From positions 352,001-416,000 of the forward strand of contig CAWBKP010000024.1 of assembly GCA_963789395.1 (NCBI GenBank): a stretch of DNA of 64,000 nt, read 5' to 3'. Source of the stretch: an uncultured delta proteobacterium (GTDB lineage Bacteria > Desulfobacterota > Desulfobacteria > Desulfobacterales > Desulfatirhabdiaceae). The notes beneath the pieces were generated by a model. The model had not been told where the DNA came from and did not search any database. It saw only the letters and a program-made list of their open reading frames with translations. Position 1 is the stretch's first letter. Each line of letters begins with the position of its first letter. This document shows positions 10,310 through 19,970 of the stretch, piece after piece. Position numbers and translations under genes: made by a program.

Positions 10310-13300
10310 TGGCAAAAAGGCTGACGAAAGAAGTCCGGTATATCAGTCTTCCCGAAAAACGGATTCATGAAATCCGGCGACTTGTGGATTCTTGGCCGTT
10401 TGAAACCAAGGCTTTCATGCGCTCGCGTCTGAATCAGTACAGCCCGCCGTCGGACTGGCTCAATACCCTGCTGGAAAATTTTCTCTCGTTCTTTTTTACT
10501 GCCTCGGAAAAGCGTTTTGTGATTCTGAAAGATCCGGAGATTCTGACCGACTGGCAGCGACGTTTTGAAATTTCCGGCAAAACAAACCCGCAGCAGGGCT
10601 GGAACAAGATTCTGGAAAAAGAAGTATCGGCAAAGGACTACACCTATCTGCTGTCGCTTCTGGACAAGGATCTCAGTGACGTCCACGTCCCTGTGGAGTT
10701 GACATCGCTGTTTGATAAAATCTATCGAGCGCATATTCGAAAAGAATATATCTCTGATCCATCCATTCCCAAGGCGCCCCTGATCCTGTTTATCGGCCCG
10801 AGTGGCAGCGGCAAGACGTCTACTGTCCGCCAGACACTGGAGCAGGTTATTTTTGTCAACGAGGTGCGGCCAGAGGTGGATCTGGAACAGAAAAAAGAAG
10901 AAAATCTTGCCGGAGAACCTTTCTGGAAAACGATTGACCAGGTGGATCCAACCCTGGCTGCGGAAATTTCCAGACGGAAAAAAGTGGCGTATTACAAGTT
11001 TCTGTCCAGAGTGCCCGGAATCAGACGCCTGTTGAAACCCCAGATTGGAAAAAATCTTTCCCAGCTTGAAGAGCAGGGGATTTTGGTCGATTACACCATG
11101 ATCACGCCGAACGATTATCAGACGTCTCTTGCTGGAGAGCCCGGCAATTATTTCAAGAAAGCGCTGGGTGATCCCCGAAAAATCACCATCCGTCATGTCG
11201 AAGAGGCGCATAGTGCTTTTGGAAAAACCGAAGGCAAGGACAGTGGACCCGATCGTCAGCAGCGGACGCTGATCGATACCGCCAACATCGTAATTGATGA
11301 AATCATCAATGGCAGGAGAGACTGTTTGCTGATCGCAACGACGGATCAGCCCGAACGGTTTGACCAGACGATTTACCGGCGTTTTGTGGAAAAAGGAAAG
11401 ATACTGGATCTGTCGGAATTCTGGAAAAACCCGGAAAACCTGACTGAAATCATTCGCCTGGAACTGATGCGTAACGATATTGTGGTTACGGATACTCCTG
11501 ATGAGATCTGTCTGCATAATGCCCGGTGCCTTCCCCCGTCTCAGCTGCAATCGGCCGTGGATAGGATCTATGCCATTTTTCGGGAAAGAACCCTGAAAAT
11601 CACCCCGGCCTATGTTCGAAAGCTGGTTCATTCCATCATTGAAATCCAGGGGGGCTTTTCGTCTGCCTACCTTGAAAACTCCCTTCTGGTTAGAAAAGCC
11701 TTTGAACTGGTCGCCAGAAACGCTTTTGGCGATTTATTTGAAAAAGTCGTTGACCGAATGGACCGTAATGTTCACTGGGATGATTATGTGGGAAAAATTA
11801 AAGACGTTTTTTCGGAAATGGCCAATAATTGTCTTTACTACAACGTCAGCGACGAGAAGGGCGTGGTATTGAATGGCCCGCCGGGAAGCGGCAAAACCTT
11901 TCTCATCAGAGCATGGCTCAGCGATAACAGCGATATTCACGATATTGCCACAAGCGCTTCCGCGCTTCAGGACCCGGTTAATCCATGGGAAGGTGCGGTT
12001 GAGAACCTGGAGAAAGTCTATGACATCGCCAAAATGATCGCCCCGTCCCTGGTTTTTTTTGATGAAGGGGATTCCCTTGCACCGCGGCGCAGTGCTTCCG
12101 GCGGTTCTCCATCCGATAAACTGACCAATAAATTTTTGAATTTAATCGACGGCGAGATCCCGCTCAACCAAGTATTCACGGTTCTAACCACCAACCGGCT
12201 CGATATTCTGGATCCGGCGCTGATCCGGTCCAAACGGCTGAAAGTTCAGGAAATATCGGGACACTTGCGGATGAAGGATATTTCAGAGATCGTCCGGCAG
12301 ACATTGCAGGACATTCCGCTTGCTCCTGATCTCTCTATAGAAACCATTGTGGAATCCGCCAAGGGGCTGTGCAACACACCGGCGGATTATTCCGCATTTG
12401 TGGAAAAGGCCCGTTCGCTTCGAAGCACGGAATATGAAGTATTGATGCGGATTCGAGATCTTGCCCATGCGTCAAGCGCTATCCGTGATAAATTTGTAAA
12501 ATTCAATTTTAAAACCCTGATGGGGATACTAGAAGCCGTGGATGCTCCGCCGTCACTTCGTTCCGCAGTTCATGGAGACCCGATAGCTTTTTTGTCCCGT
12601 TACGGCGATGTGATTGAATTGCTTAAACCGGTTGCAAGCTTGGACGGCTACCCCCTCATGTATTCCCATTTGAATTCCGCGCGACAGGAAATTTCTCACA
12701 GTCCGGTGAAAATCGGCAAAATGCAGCTTGATGAATTCCTGGAGGCCGAACTCAGCCAGGAACCCCAGGTTGGGTTTATTATCGGCGTGGGCGCAAACGA
12801 TGTGTCCGGCGTGCTGCTTCCCATTGCCACCAGCCTGACATACAGCCTGTCAGCTGAAAAAGTCCTGGTAACCGGGGCCGTGTCATCCGGATCCGCGGCA
12901 ACAGCCGAACTCGACATGGCGGTTCAGATGACCCAGCAATCGGCTCAGGAAGCGCTGACCATGGTGAAAAACTATCTTCAGGAATTAAACCCCAAAGTCA
13001 GCATTCCCAAATTATTGGGAGAGTTTCTGGACCGGTATACTATCCACCATCAGCTGCTTTCCGCATCCTACAACGTCGGCGGTCCGTCCGCTGGCTATGC
13101 GTTGGCGCTGAACACCCTGTCTGCGCTGCTTCAGATCCCCATTTATCATGATTTCGGGATTACCGGGGCGCCCTGGACAAAGGGGGTAAAAAAAGGAGAG
13201 GTAGGCGGTTCTGTCATTATCGGCGGGCATAAGAAAAAAACTGAAAAAGTTCTCCAGTATCTGCGCAGAATGTACATGCCATTGCAGAATTATAAAGACC

Positions 13301-13737
13301 TGGAAGAAGAATTTCTGCTGAATTACTGGGAACAGGGAAAAGACATTCTTGGGATTTCTAATTTTGGGGAACTGGTTCCGGAAGTCATCTCCCTGGGCCC
13401 GGCTTATGAGACAATGCTGAAGGAACTGATTGTCACGCGGATCGACTACAAGCTGAAAAAAGCCAAAGGCGATGCTGCCTATGATATCCATAAAGAAAAA
13501 ATCCTGAAAACCAAGAAACTTCTAAAAGATCAGCTCGAGACCCGAATTGTGGATCGACTTGTTGCCATTCGAAAATATCTTAGAAATCCTGTCAGCGATC
13601 CCCATCTGTCGCTGGAGGAAATTTTTCTTGATCAAGGAAAATCCAAATTTATCGGCTTTTCACCGATCCTCAATATGCTGAATAATCAGAAAAAATGGAT
13701 TGCCCGTTGGTCCGTAAAGGGGCGAAAACCCGAATGA
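10309..13737 (+). CDS. Tandem AAA ATPase with C-terminal Lon (S16) protease domain
   Basis: Walker A GPSGSGKT (aa 163) and GPPGSGKT (aa 523); Walker B HVEEAH and FFDEGD; SRH-like ATTDQPERFDQTIYRRF and TTNRLDILDPALIRSKR; Lon motif GGPSAG (S927)...GITG...IIGGHKKK (K977). Confidence 0.85.
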   Translation: MAKRLTKEVRYISLPEKRIHEIRRLVDSWPFETKAFMRSRLNQYSPPSDWLNTLLENFLSFFFTASEKRFVILKDPEILTDWQRRFEISGKTNPQQGWNKILEKEVSAKDYTYLLSLLDKDLSDVHVPVELTSLFDKIYRAHIRKEYISDPSIPKAPLILFIGPSGSGKTSTVRQTLEQVIFVNEVRPEVDLEQKKEENLAGEPFWKTIDQVDPTLAAEISRRKKVAYYKFLSRVPGIRRLLKPQIGKNLSQLEEQGILVDYTMITPNDYQTSLAGEPGNYFKKALGDPRKITIRHVEEAHSAFGKTEGKDSGPDRQQRTLIDTANIVIDEIINGRRDCLLIATTDQPERFDQTIYRRFVEKGKILDLSEFWKNPENLTEIIRLELMRNDIVVTDTPDEICLHNARCLPPSQLQSAVDRIYAIFRERTLKITPAYVRKLVHSIIEIQGGFSSAYLENSLLVRKAFELVARNAFGDLFEKVVDRMDRNVHWDDYVGKIKDVFSEMANNCLYYNVSDEKGVVLNGPPGSGKTFLIRAWLSDNSDIHDIATSASALQDPVNPWEGAVENLEKVYDIAKMIAPSLVFFDEGDSLAPRRSASGGSPSDKLTNKFLNLIDGEIPLNQVFTVLTTNRLDILDPALIRSKRLKVQEISGHLRMKDISEIVRQTLQDIPLAPDLSIETIVESAKGLCNTPADYSAFVEKARSLRSTEYEVLMRIRDLAHASSAIRDKFVKFNFKTLMGILEAVDAPPSLRSAVHGDPIAFLSRYGDVIELLKPVASLDGYPLMYSHLNSARQEISHSPVKIGKMQLDEFLEAELSQEPQVGFIIGVGANDVSGVLLPIATSLTYSLSAEKVLVTGAVSSGSAATAELDMAVQMTQQSAQEALTMVKNYLQELNPKVSIPKLLGEFLDRYTIHHQLLSASYNVGGPSAGYALALNTLSALLQIPIYHDFGITGAPWTKGVKKGEVGGSVIIGGHKKKTEKVLQYLRRMYMPLQNYKDLEEEFLLNYWEQGKDILGISNFGELVPEVISLGPAYETMLKELIVTRIDYKLKKAKGDAAYDIHKEKILKTKKLLKDQLETRIVDRLVAIRKYLRNPVSDPHLSLEEIFLDQGKSKFIGFSPILNMLNNQKKWIARWSVKGRKPE

Positions 13738-13742
13738 TAGCC

Positions 13743-15021
13743 ATGAGAGTAAACAAGCCTGAAATCAAGCCGATCATTGTTTTATGCTTCGGGGTGATAT
13801 TTCTTGCCCATCATGTTCTCGACGGGGTGTGACACGCCCAAATCCCGTTTCGAGTGTTCCGATGCGATTGGATGTGTTGATGTGGCGCCCGGTGAGTCCA
13901 TTAAAATCGGTGTCCTACAGGCTTTGTCGGGAAAGGTTGCGCCTCTGGGGCTTGAGCAGGTTCGGGGAATCGACCTTGCTGTTGACAAGCGACATGGAAA
14001 AATTTTGGGGCATTCCATTTTGCTTCAGACAGAGGATTCGGGCTGTACCGGAGAAGGCGGCGCCAACGCGTCACTTAGAATTATAGCGGACCCACAGACC
14101 GTGGCCATTTTAGGAACAACCTGTTCAGGAGCAGCCGCAACAGCATCAAAAATCATCTCTGATGCGGGGCTCACCATGATTTCCGGCAGCAACAGCGCGC
14201 CGAGTCTGACCGCTTTTGCCGGTAAGCTTGCCCCCAACTGGCAGCCGGGTTTTTTCCGGACATCTGCCAATGAGGAGGCCGCCGGTAAAGCCGCAGCCGA
14301 GTATGCCTTTTATGAACTCGGTGTTCGAAAAGCCGCCACAATTCATGACGGGGATATCTACACATCGGGGCTGACAGATGGATTTGGAGAGAGATTTAAA
14401 CAGCTTGGGGGGAAAATCGTTTTGTCCACCATGATTAACAAGGGAGATGAAAAGATGCAACCGGTTCTGGATGCTGTCATCAATTTCAGAGCGCAGCTCT
14501 TGTTTTTCCCCCTGTTTCAGCCGGAGGCCAATCATGTCCTCTTACAAGCCAGAAAAATACCCGCTTTTGAAAAAATCATTCTGATGAGCGCCGGAGCGTT
14601 GATAGAAAGCTCATTTATCGAAGCGGTCAAAGATGCAGGAAAAGGCTTGTATTTTATTGCGCCTTTTCGTCCCGGCGGCCCTGGCGTTGACGCTCTGGAA
14701 AGGGATTATAAAGCCAAATATAACGTATCACCTTCTGCCAGTTATTATCTCAGTGCCTATGATGCCGCCTGTCTGCTGATGGCGACCATTGAAAAGGTTG
14801 CGGTAAAAGAGCCCGGCGGAGCCCTGCATATCGGTCGCCAGGCCCTTCGAAACGCCCTGTATGCAACCAGCGAATTCCAGGGGGTCAGCGACAGGTTATC
14901 CTGTGATAAATTCGGCGATTGCGCCATTCCCATCTTCAATATCCTGCGCCTGGATGATCCGGCAGCCGGACTTAAGGGACTGCAGTCCAACGTGCTTTTT
15001 TCCTATGCCTACGAAAAATAG
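13743..15021 (+). CDS. Branched-chain amino acid-type (LivK-like) solute-binding lipoprotein; probable frameshift in the signal peptide
   Basis: Lipobox-like STGC, IKIGVLQALSG, EDSGC, LGTTCSGA, YDAA. Confidence 0.85.
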
Positions 15022-15067
15022 ATACTTATGAATCCTTGGAAATATTATTTCGCAATCTCTGGAAGGG

Positions 15068-17734
15068 ATGAGCATCTCGACCCGCTTTAGTTTTGGAATC
15101 GCGCTGCTGTTGTCGCTCTTTGTGACGGTTTCTGCAACCAGTTATCTCTCCATGGAATTTGTCATCGATGCCCAAAAAACCATTCAGACCAGCACAGAGA
15201 TACAGCGCTTGGTGCTGGAAATGCATCGGGGAATGGAGAAAGCCCGCCGCCTTCATGGGGACTTTCTGCTGCGATATCCTGAAATCGGGCTGGAAAATGC
15301 CTATGAACAATATGCACAACCGGCTGCAATTCAGATCGCACAGGTTGTTACCGTAAACAATGCGTTGAAGCATCTGATTGACCAGTCAAAAGTCAGCGAC
15401 CCCCTTCGAAAAGCCCGGGTGGATCTGAATTTATTTCTCTCTTCCGCAAAACGATTTGCCGAAACATCTGTTCAGTCCGTTGAAATGGTAAAAGAACTGG
15501 CTGCTCCGGAGACAGGACTGGATGTGCAGCTCGAGGAAAATTTTGCGGCCCTGAAGCACGAAACAGATAATTTCGATAGCCTTTCCAGACTGTATGGCGA
15601 AATGAAATCATTTGCCCAGGATTACCGGATCAGCCGAAAACGCTATCTCATGCAGTCTGCTTTTAACACGGCTTTCAGGTTGCGCAAGGAAATCGACAAT
15701 TCCCCTGTCATTGGCCCTGTGCAGAGCAAAAAAATCAATCTGCTCATTGACCGGTGTATTGCCACTGCCCATAAAATTCTTGAAATTGATGTGGGTATCA
15801 AGGCAAAATTCAACGATTTTGCCTTGCAGGCAGAGGCGGTTGATGCGGTTTTGAAATCCCTGGGGCATCTGACAGCAGAGGAAGTCAGGCAGGCACAGAC
15901 AAGCATCCTCCATGCGCGCAGACTGGCTCTGATTCTCATGGCGGTTATCACCCTTGCCGGTTTGATGGCGGCGATGATCATTGCCAATGGGCTGAATAAT
16001 CGCATCACGCGAAGGGTGGTCAATCTGATCAGCTCCGCAAAAGCGCTCAGAGAAGGCAATCTGGATGTTTTTGCCAGGGAAGAAGGCGGTGACGAACTGA
16101 GCCGTCTGGCTTACACATTCAATGTCATGTCCGCTCGCATCCGAAAACTCATCGACAACCTGGAACTGAAAGTCAGGGAACGCACCGCTGAACTGTCTGA
16201 GAGTGAACGGCGTTTCCGCCAGCTTTTTGAACATTCCAGCAGTGGGGTTGCCGTATACGAGGCCATTGATAACGGAAATGACTTTGTCTTCAGGGATATC
16301 AACAAGGCTGTGGAAAACATCGAAGGCGTTAACCGTCTGGATATCATCGGCAAAAAGGTCACCGAGGTATTTCCCGGAGTTGTCGAATTTGGTCTGCTCG
16401 CAGTCTTCCGTCATGTCTGGCAGACGGGCCTGTCCGCCAGCCATCCGGTCAATTTTTATTCGGACGGACGATTGGAAGGCTGGCGTGAAAATGCGGTTTA
16501 TAAACTGCCATCCGGGGAAATTGTTGCGGTATATGATGACTTAACAGCCTGGAAACAGGCGGAGATCGAAAGAAAAGCCATGGAAGCCAAGCTGCAGCGA
16601 TCACAGAAAATGGAGAGCATCGGGCTTCTTGCAGGCGGTGTCGCGCATGATCTCAATAACATCCTCTCCGGGATTATCAACTATCCGGAACTGCTTCTCA
16701 TGCAGATACCCAAGGACAGCGAGATGCGAAAACTCGTCCTGGCCATGCATGAATCCGGCCAGCGGGCTGTTGCTGTGGTTGCCGATCTGCTTACGGTCGC
16801 CAGAGGCGTTGCCTGTGTGAAAGAACCGGCCGCCTTGAATCACCTGGTCATGGAATATATGGATTCTCCGGAATACCGCAGACTTAAATCTTTGCATGCG
16901 AACATCACCTGCACAACAAAACTTGACCCTCTACTGAAAAATATTCATTGTTCTCCGGTTCATATCAAAAAATGCATCATGAATCTGGTGACAAACGCCA
17001 TGGAGGCCATTGATGAAACAGGCCACGTACTGATTTCTACACGAAATCAGTACGTGGATGAAACGATTGCATTAAAAGACGGCATACGTGCCGGAGACTA
17101 TGCGATTTTGTCGATAACCGACACCGGGAACGGCATTTCGGAAAAGGATTTAGAGCATATCTTTGAACCCTTCTATACCAAGAAAGTCATGGGGGCCAGC
17201 GGGACGGGTCTGGGGCTGGCGGTTGTCTGGAGCAGCGTCCTGGATCATGACGGTACGATTCAGGTTGAAAGCAGCGACAGGGGAACTTCTTTTAATCTTT
17301 ATTTTCCGGTGTCTGAAAATGAGGTGGCCACAAAGGGAACACCGTCAGGAATTGAAGCGCTGAAAGGCTGCGGGGAAACGATCCTGGTTGTTGATGATGA
17401 GCCGATGCTTCGTGACGTTGCCAGTCGTTTTTTAAAGGTTCTTGGTTATGATCCCGTATGCGTGGACTCCGGTGAAAGTGCTGTCGCTTATCTAAAGGAA
17501 AACCGCGTTGACATGGTCCTGCTGGACATGTTGATGGATTCGGGAATTAACGGGCGGCAAACTTATGAGCACATCATCCGGATCCATCCGGATCAGAAGG
17601 CTATCATCGCAAGCGGATTTTCTGAAAGCGAGGATGTGAAAATGCTACTGAAACAGGGCGCTCGAGGATTCATCAAAAAACCGTATTCCATCGAGCAGCT
17701 TGCAAATGCCATGAAGAATGGTCTGGGCAGGTGA
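15068..17734 (+). CDS. Membrane hybrid sensor histidine kinase (TM-periplasmic-TM, HAMP, PAS, HisKA, HATPase, REC)
   Basis: DELSRLAYTFN, LAGGVAHDLNNIL, NLVTNA, DTGNG, FEPFYT, GTGLGL, LVVDDE...LLDMLM...KKP. Confidence 0.93.
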   Translation: MSISTRFSFGIALLLSLFVTVSATSYLSMEFVIDAQKTIQTSTEIQRLVLEMHRGMEKARRLHGDFLLRYPEIGLENAYEQYAQPAAIQIAQVVTVNNALKHLIDQSKVSDPLRKARVDLNLFLSSAKRFAETSVQSVEMVKELAAPETGLDVQLEENFAALKHETDNFDSLSRLYGEMKSFAQDYRISRKRYLMQSAFNTAFRLRKEIDNSPVIGPVQSKKINLLIDRCIATAHKILEIDVGIKAKFNDFALQAEAVDAVLKSLGHLTAEEVRQAQTSILHARRLALILMAVITLAGLMAAMIIANGLNNRITRRVVNLISSAKALREGNLDVFAREEGGDELSRLAYTFNVMSARIRKLIDNLELKVRERTAELSESERRFRQLFEHSSSGVAVYEAIDNGNDFVFRDINKAVENIEGVNRLDIIGKKVTEVFPGVVEFGLLAVFRHVWQTGLSASHPVNFYSDGRLEGWRENAVYKLPSGEIVAVYDDLTAWKQAEIERKAMEAKLQRSQKMESIGLLAGGVAHDLNNILSGIINYPELLLMQIPKDSEMRKLVLAMHESGQRAVAVVADLLTVARGVACVKEPAALNHLVMEYMDSPEYRRLKSLHANITCTTKLDPLLKNIHCSPVHIKKCIMNLVTNAMEAIDETGHVLISTRNQYVDETIALKDGIRAGDYAILSITDTGNGISEKDLEHIFEPFYTKKVMGASGTGLGLAVVWSSVLDHDGTIQVESSDRGTSFNLYFPVSENEVATKGTPSGIEALKGCGETILVVDDEPMLRDVASRFLKVLGYDPVCVDSGESAVAYLKENRVDMVLLDMLMDSGINGRQTYEHIIRIHPDQKAIIASGFSESEDVKMLLKQGARGFIKKPYSIEQLANAMKNGLGR

Positions 17735-17774
17735 TCCCCTGCAGGCGGTTATTTTTTAAATTCACGCGATCACG

Positions 17775-19000
17775 TCATTCTGACTGAATAATGTGCTCCA
17801 GACTGCCCGGAAGACCCGACGGACTGCCTTTAACTGCAATCCAGGAAGCGGGCATTCCAGGGATCAGGACGCCCATATCCGATATCCCCAAAAGTCCTGC
17901 TCCGGTCATTGTGGCGCACTGCACCGCCTCCGAAAGGGTATAGCCGGCCTCCAGAAGGAGGCCGAGCTCTTCCCTGACGGCATCCCCGTGATGAACGCCA
18001 AGACTGCCGGCATCCGTTCCCAATGCAACCGGAACTCCCAGGTCCCTGGCCATCCGAATCTGATCCAGCTGATGGGTGAGATTACGCCGGGCAGTGTCTG
18101 CTTCCCGGCTTGAAGGCGGCAGATGGGCGGCATAGGCCCCCATGGTAAAGGCTGTCGGCACCCAGACGGTCTGTCTGTCCCGCATTCTCGGCCAGGTTTT
18201 CTGCTCCCATGAAAAAACCATGCTCAATGGAATGACATCCGGCCTAACGGCAATTTGTACCGGCAGCACGCCATTGGCGTGAACCATCACGCGAAGCTGC
18301 TTTCGCCCGGCTTCGCCGACGGCCTGGGTCAACTCCTCCAGAGAAAACTGGGGCAGGGTTTCTTTTCCATAACAGATCAGGCTGTTGACTCCCGAATTGA
18401 CCACCTTGATGTGATCGGGACGGAAATATTCCGGTAGAGTAGCTTCGCGCCGAATGGCATCCGATAGTGTTTCTCCGGTAGCCGGCGATCGGCCTATCAG
18501 TTTTCCATATCTTCCGCGCTGATGCCAGGCTTTTCCGGCAACCTTGATATGAAGGGTCATGGGCCGGTGACTGGCAGCGGAACCGCGCGGGCTTTCATTT
18601 CCGTCATGCGATTTTCGACAGGCTTGTTGGTACTGCTGAACCAGTCCTTTGCCGTCACCGCCGTCTCTTACCGCCCCGACACCGCTGGTAGTGTGTCTGG
18701 CGATATGGTCTGTAATGACGTCTTTCAGTTCATCATATCCTGCTTCAAGCTGTCGTTTCCTGGCGGCGATGTCATCGGTTCCGGACATGAAAAGATGCAC
18801 ATGGCAATCCACCAGTCTGGGAAGCAGCGTATATTCCGATAGATCCAGAAAAGAGGGGGAAGTTATACACAGCGCCTTTTGGGGCCGGTTTGATGGATCG
18901 GATGGCATGCTGCTTGAATGTGTATCAGCACATCTTCTTGAACGGGGCCTCCGCTGCCGTCAATCAACCAGCCGGCATGAACACATGAGTTTGTTAACAT
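17775..19000 (-). CDS. Amidohydrolase family protein (frameshifted)
   Basis: HAGWLIDGSG start, DCHVH metal motif, HANG, LGTDAGS. Confidence 0.85.
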
Positions 19001-19112
19001 GTTCGATGATGATGAATAGGGTAAATATTTAAATAAAGGCGACACAGTCCCGGTGTTTGGCCTGCTCAAAATCAGTTCACGGGAATTCGGTAAAAATGGC
19101 TGTTTCTTTTAC

Positions 19113-19141
19113 TTGACACATCCTCCTTATATCACTATATC
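19113..19141 (+). promoter_or_regulatory. Putative sigma70 promoter of minCDE
   Basis: Perfect TTGACA at 19113-19118, 17-bp spacer, TATATC. Confidence 0.5.
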
Positions 19142-19266
19142 TTCAGAAAAAAAATAATTAGGTGCATCACTTCCAGGGCAGGGCGGGAAGTAACCGCCTT
19201 TACTGCCGCTGAAAATCAATGCGGAAGAATTAATATGTGGCCTTGCTTTTGGATTATAACAGCGGA

Positions 19267-19959
19267 ATGGATACACAGAATCAGGATAAATCGCAAGTAC
19301 GCTTGAAAGGGGTGAAAGACGGTTTTCTGGTCACTCTGGATCCAACCTTGCCGAATGATTTTATTGAAGAAGAACTGACGCGTCTTTTTAACCAGCTTCA
19401 GCATCTTGCAAACAATTCCCGGGTGATTCTGGATATCGGAGAGTCGAAAGATCACCCGCAAATCGTTGAAAGTCTGGCGGTATTCTTAAAAAACAAATAC
19501 AATGTTAAATCCGTATCAGCGCCTCAGCGGGAACATGAGATAATGGAGGACAAGCCTCGAAAGCTGGATATGTCCAATGCCTGGCGGCAACACCACACCG
19601 ATGCATTAATCATTGCCGGAAGGGTGCGGTCCGGTCAAAAGATCAATGCCAAAAAACATCTGGTTATTCTGGGGGATGTGAATCCGGGCAGTGAGATTAT
19701 TGCCGGAGGTGATATTCTGATCATGGGCAATCTTGGCGGTACCGCCCTTGCCGGCCAGCCGGACAACGAATCAGCCATTATACTGGCCATCGGTTTCAAG
19801 CCTATTCAGATCCAGATCGGAGGCATCATTGCCGCAGGACTGCCGACTTCCTCCGCCCATGCCATTGAATTTGCCCATGTTGAAAACGGGGGCATTGTTG
19901 TGGAAGACTATATCAAAGCAAATCCATTCGGACGGCTTACGTGGCCGGTGATTCGTTAA
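19267..19959 (+). CDS. minC: Septum site-determining protein MinC
   Basis: LKGVKDG, VRSGQKI, GDVNPGSEIIAGGDILIMGNLGG. Confidence 0.92.
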   Translation: MDTQNQDKSQVRLKGVKDGFLVTLDPTLPNDFIEEELTRLFNQLQHLANNSRVILDIGESKDHPQIVESLAVFLKNKYNVKSVSAPQREHEIMEDKPRKLDMSNAWRQHHTDALIIAGRVRSGQKINAKKHLVILGDVNPGSEIIAGGDILIMGNLGGTALAGQPDNESAIILAIGFKPIQIQIGGIIAAGLPTSSAHAIEFAHVENGGIVVEDYIKANPFGRLTWPVIR

Positions 19960-19970
19960 AGAGGTGTTCA

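Noticed and set aside
10294..11631. 445-aa antisense ORF and other long shadow ORFs (e.g. 827..1807, 6353..7117, 15608..16444)
   Set aside because: They lie opposite well-supported genes and have no recognisable motifs
10309..13737. Annotation as ordinary Lon, FtsH or ClpA/B
   Set aside because: No Lon N-domain and two AAA modules; no TM helices or HExxH motif as in FtsH; no Clp signature motifs
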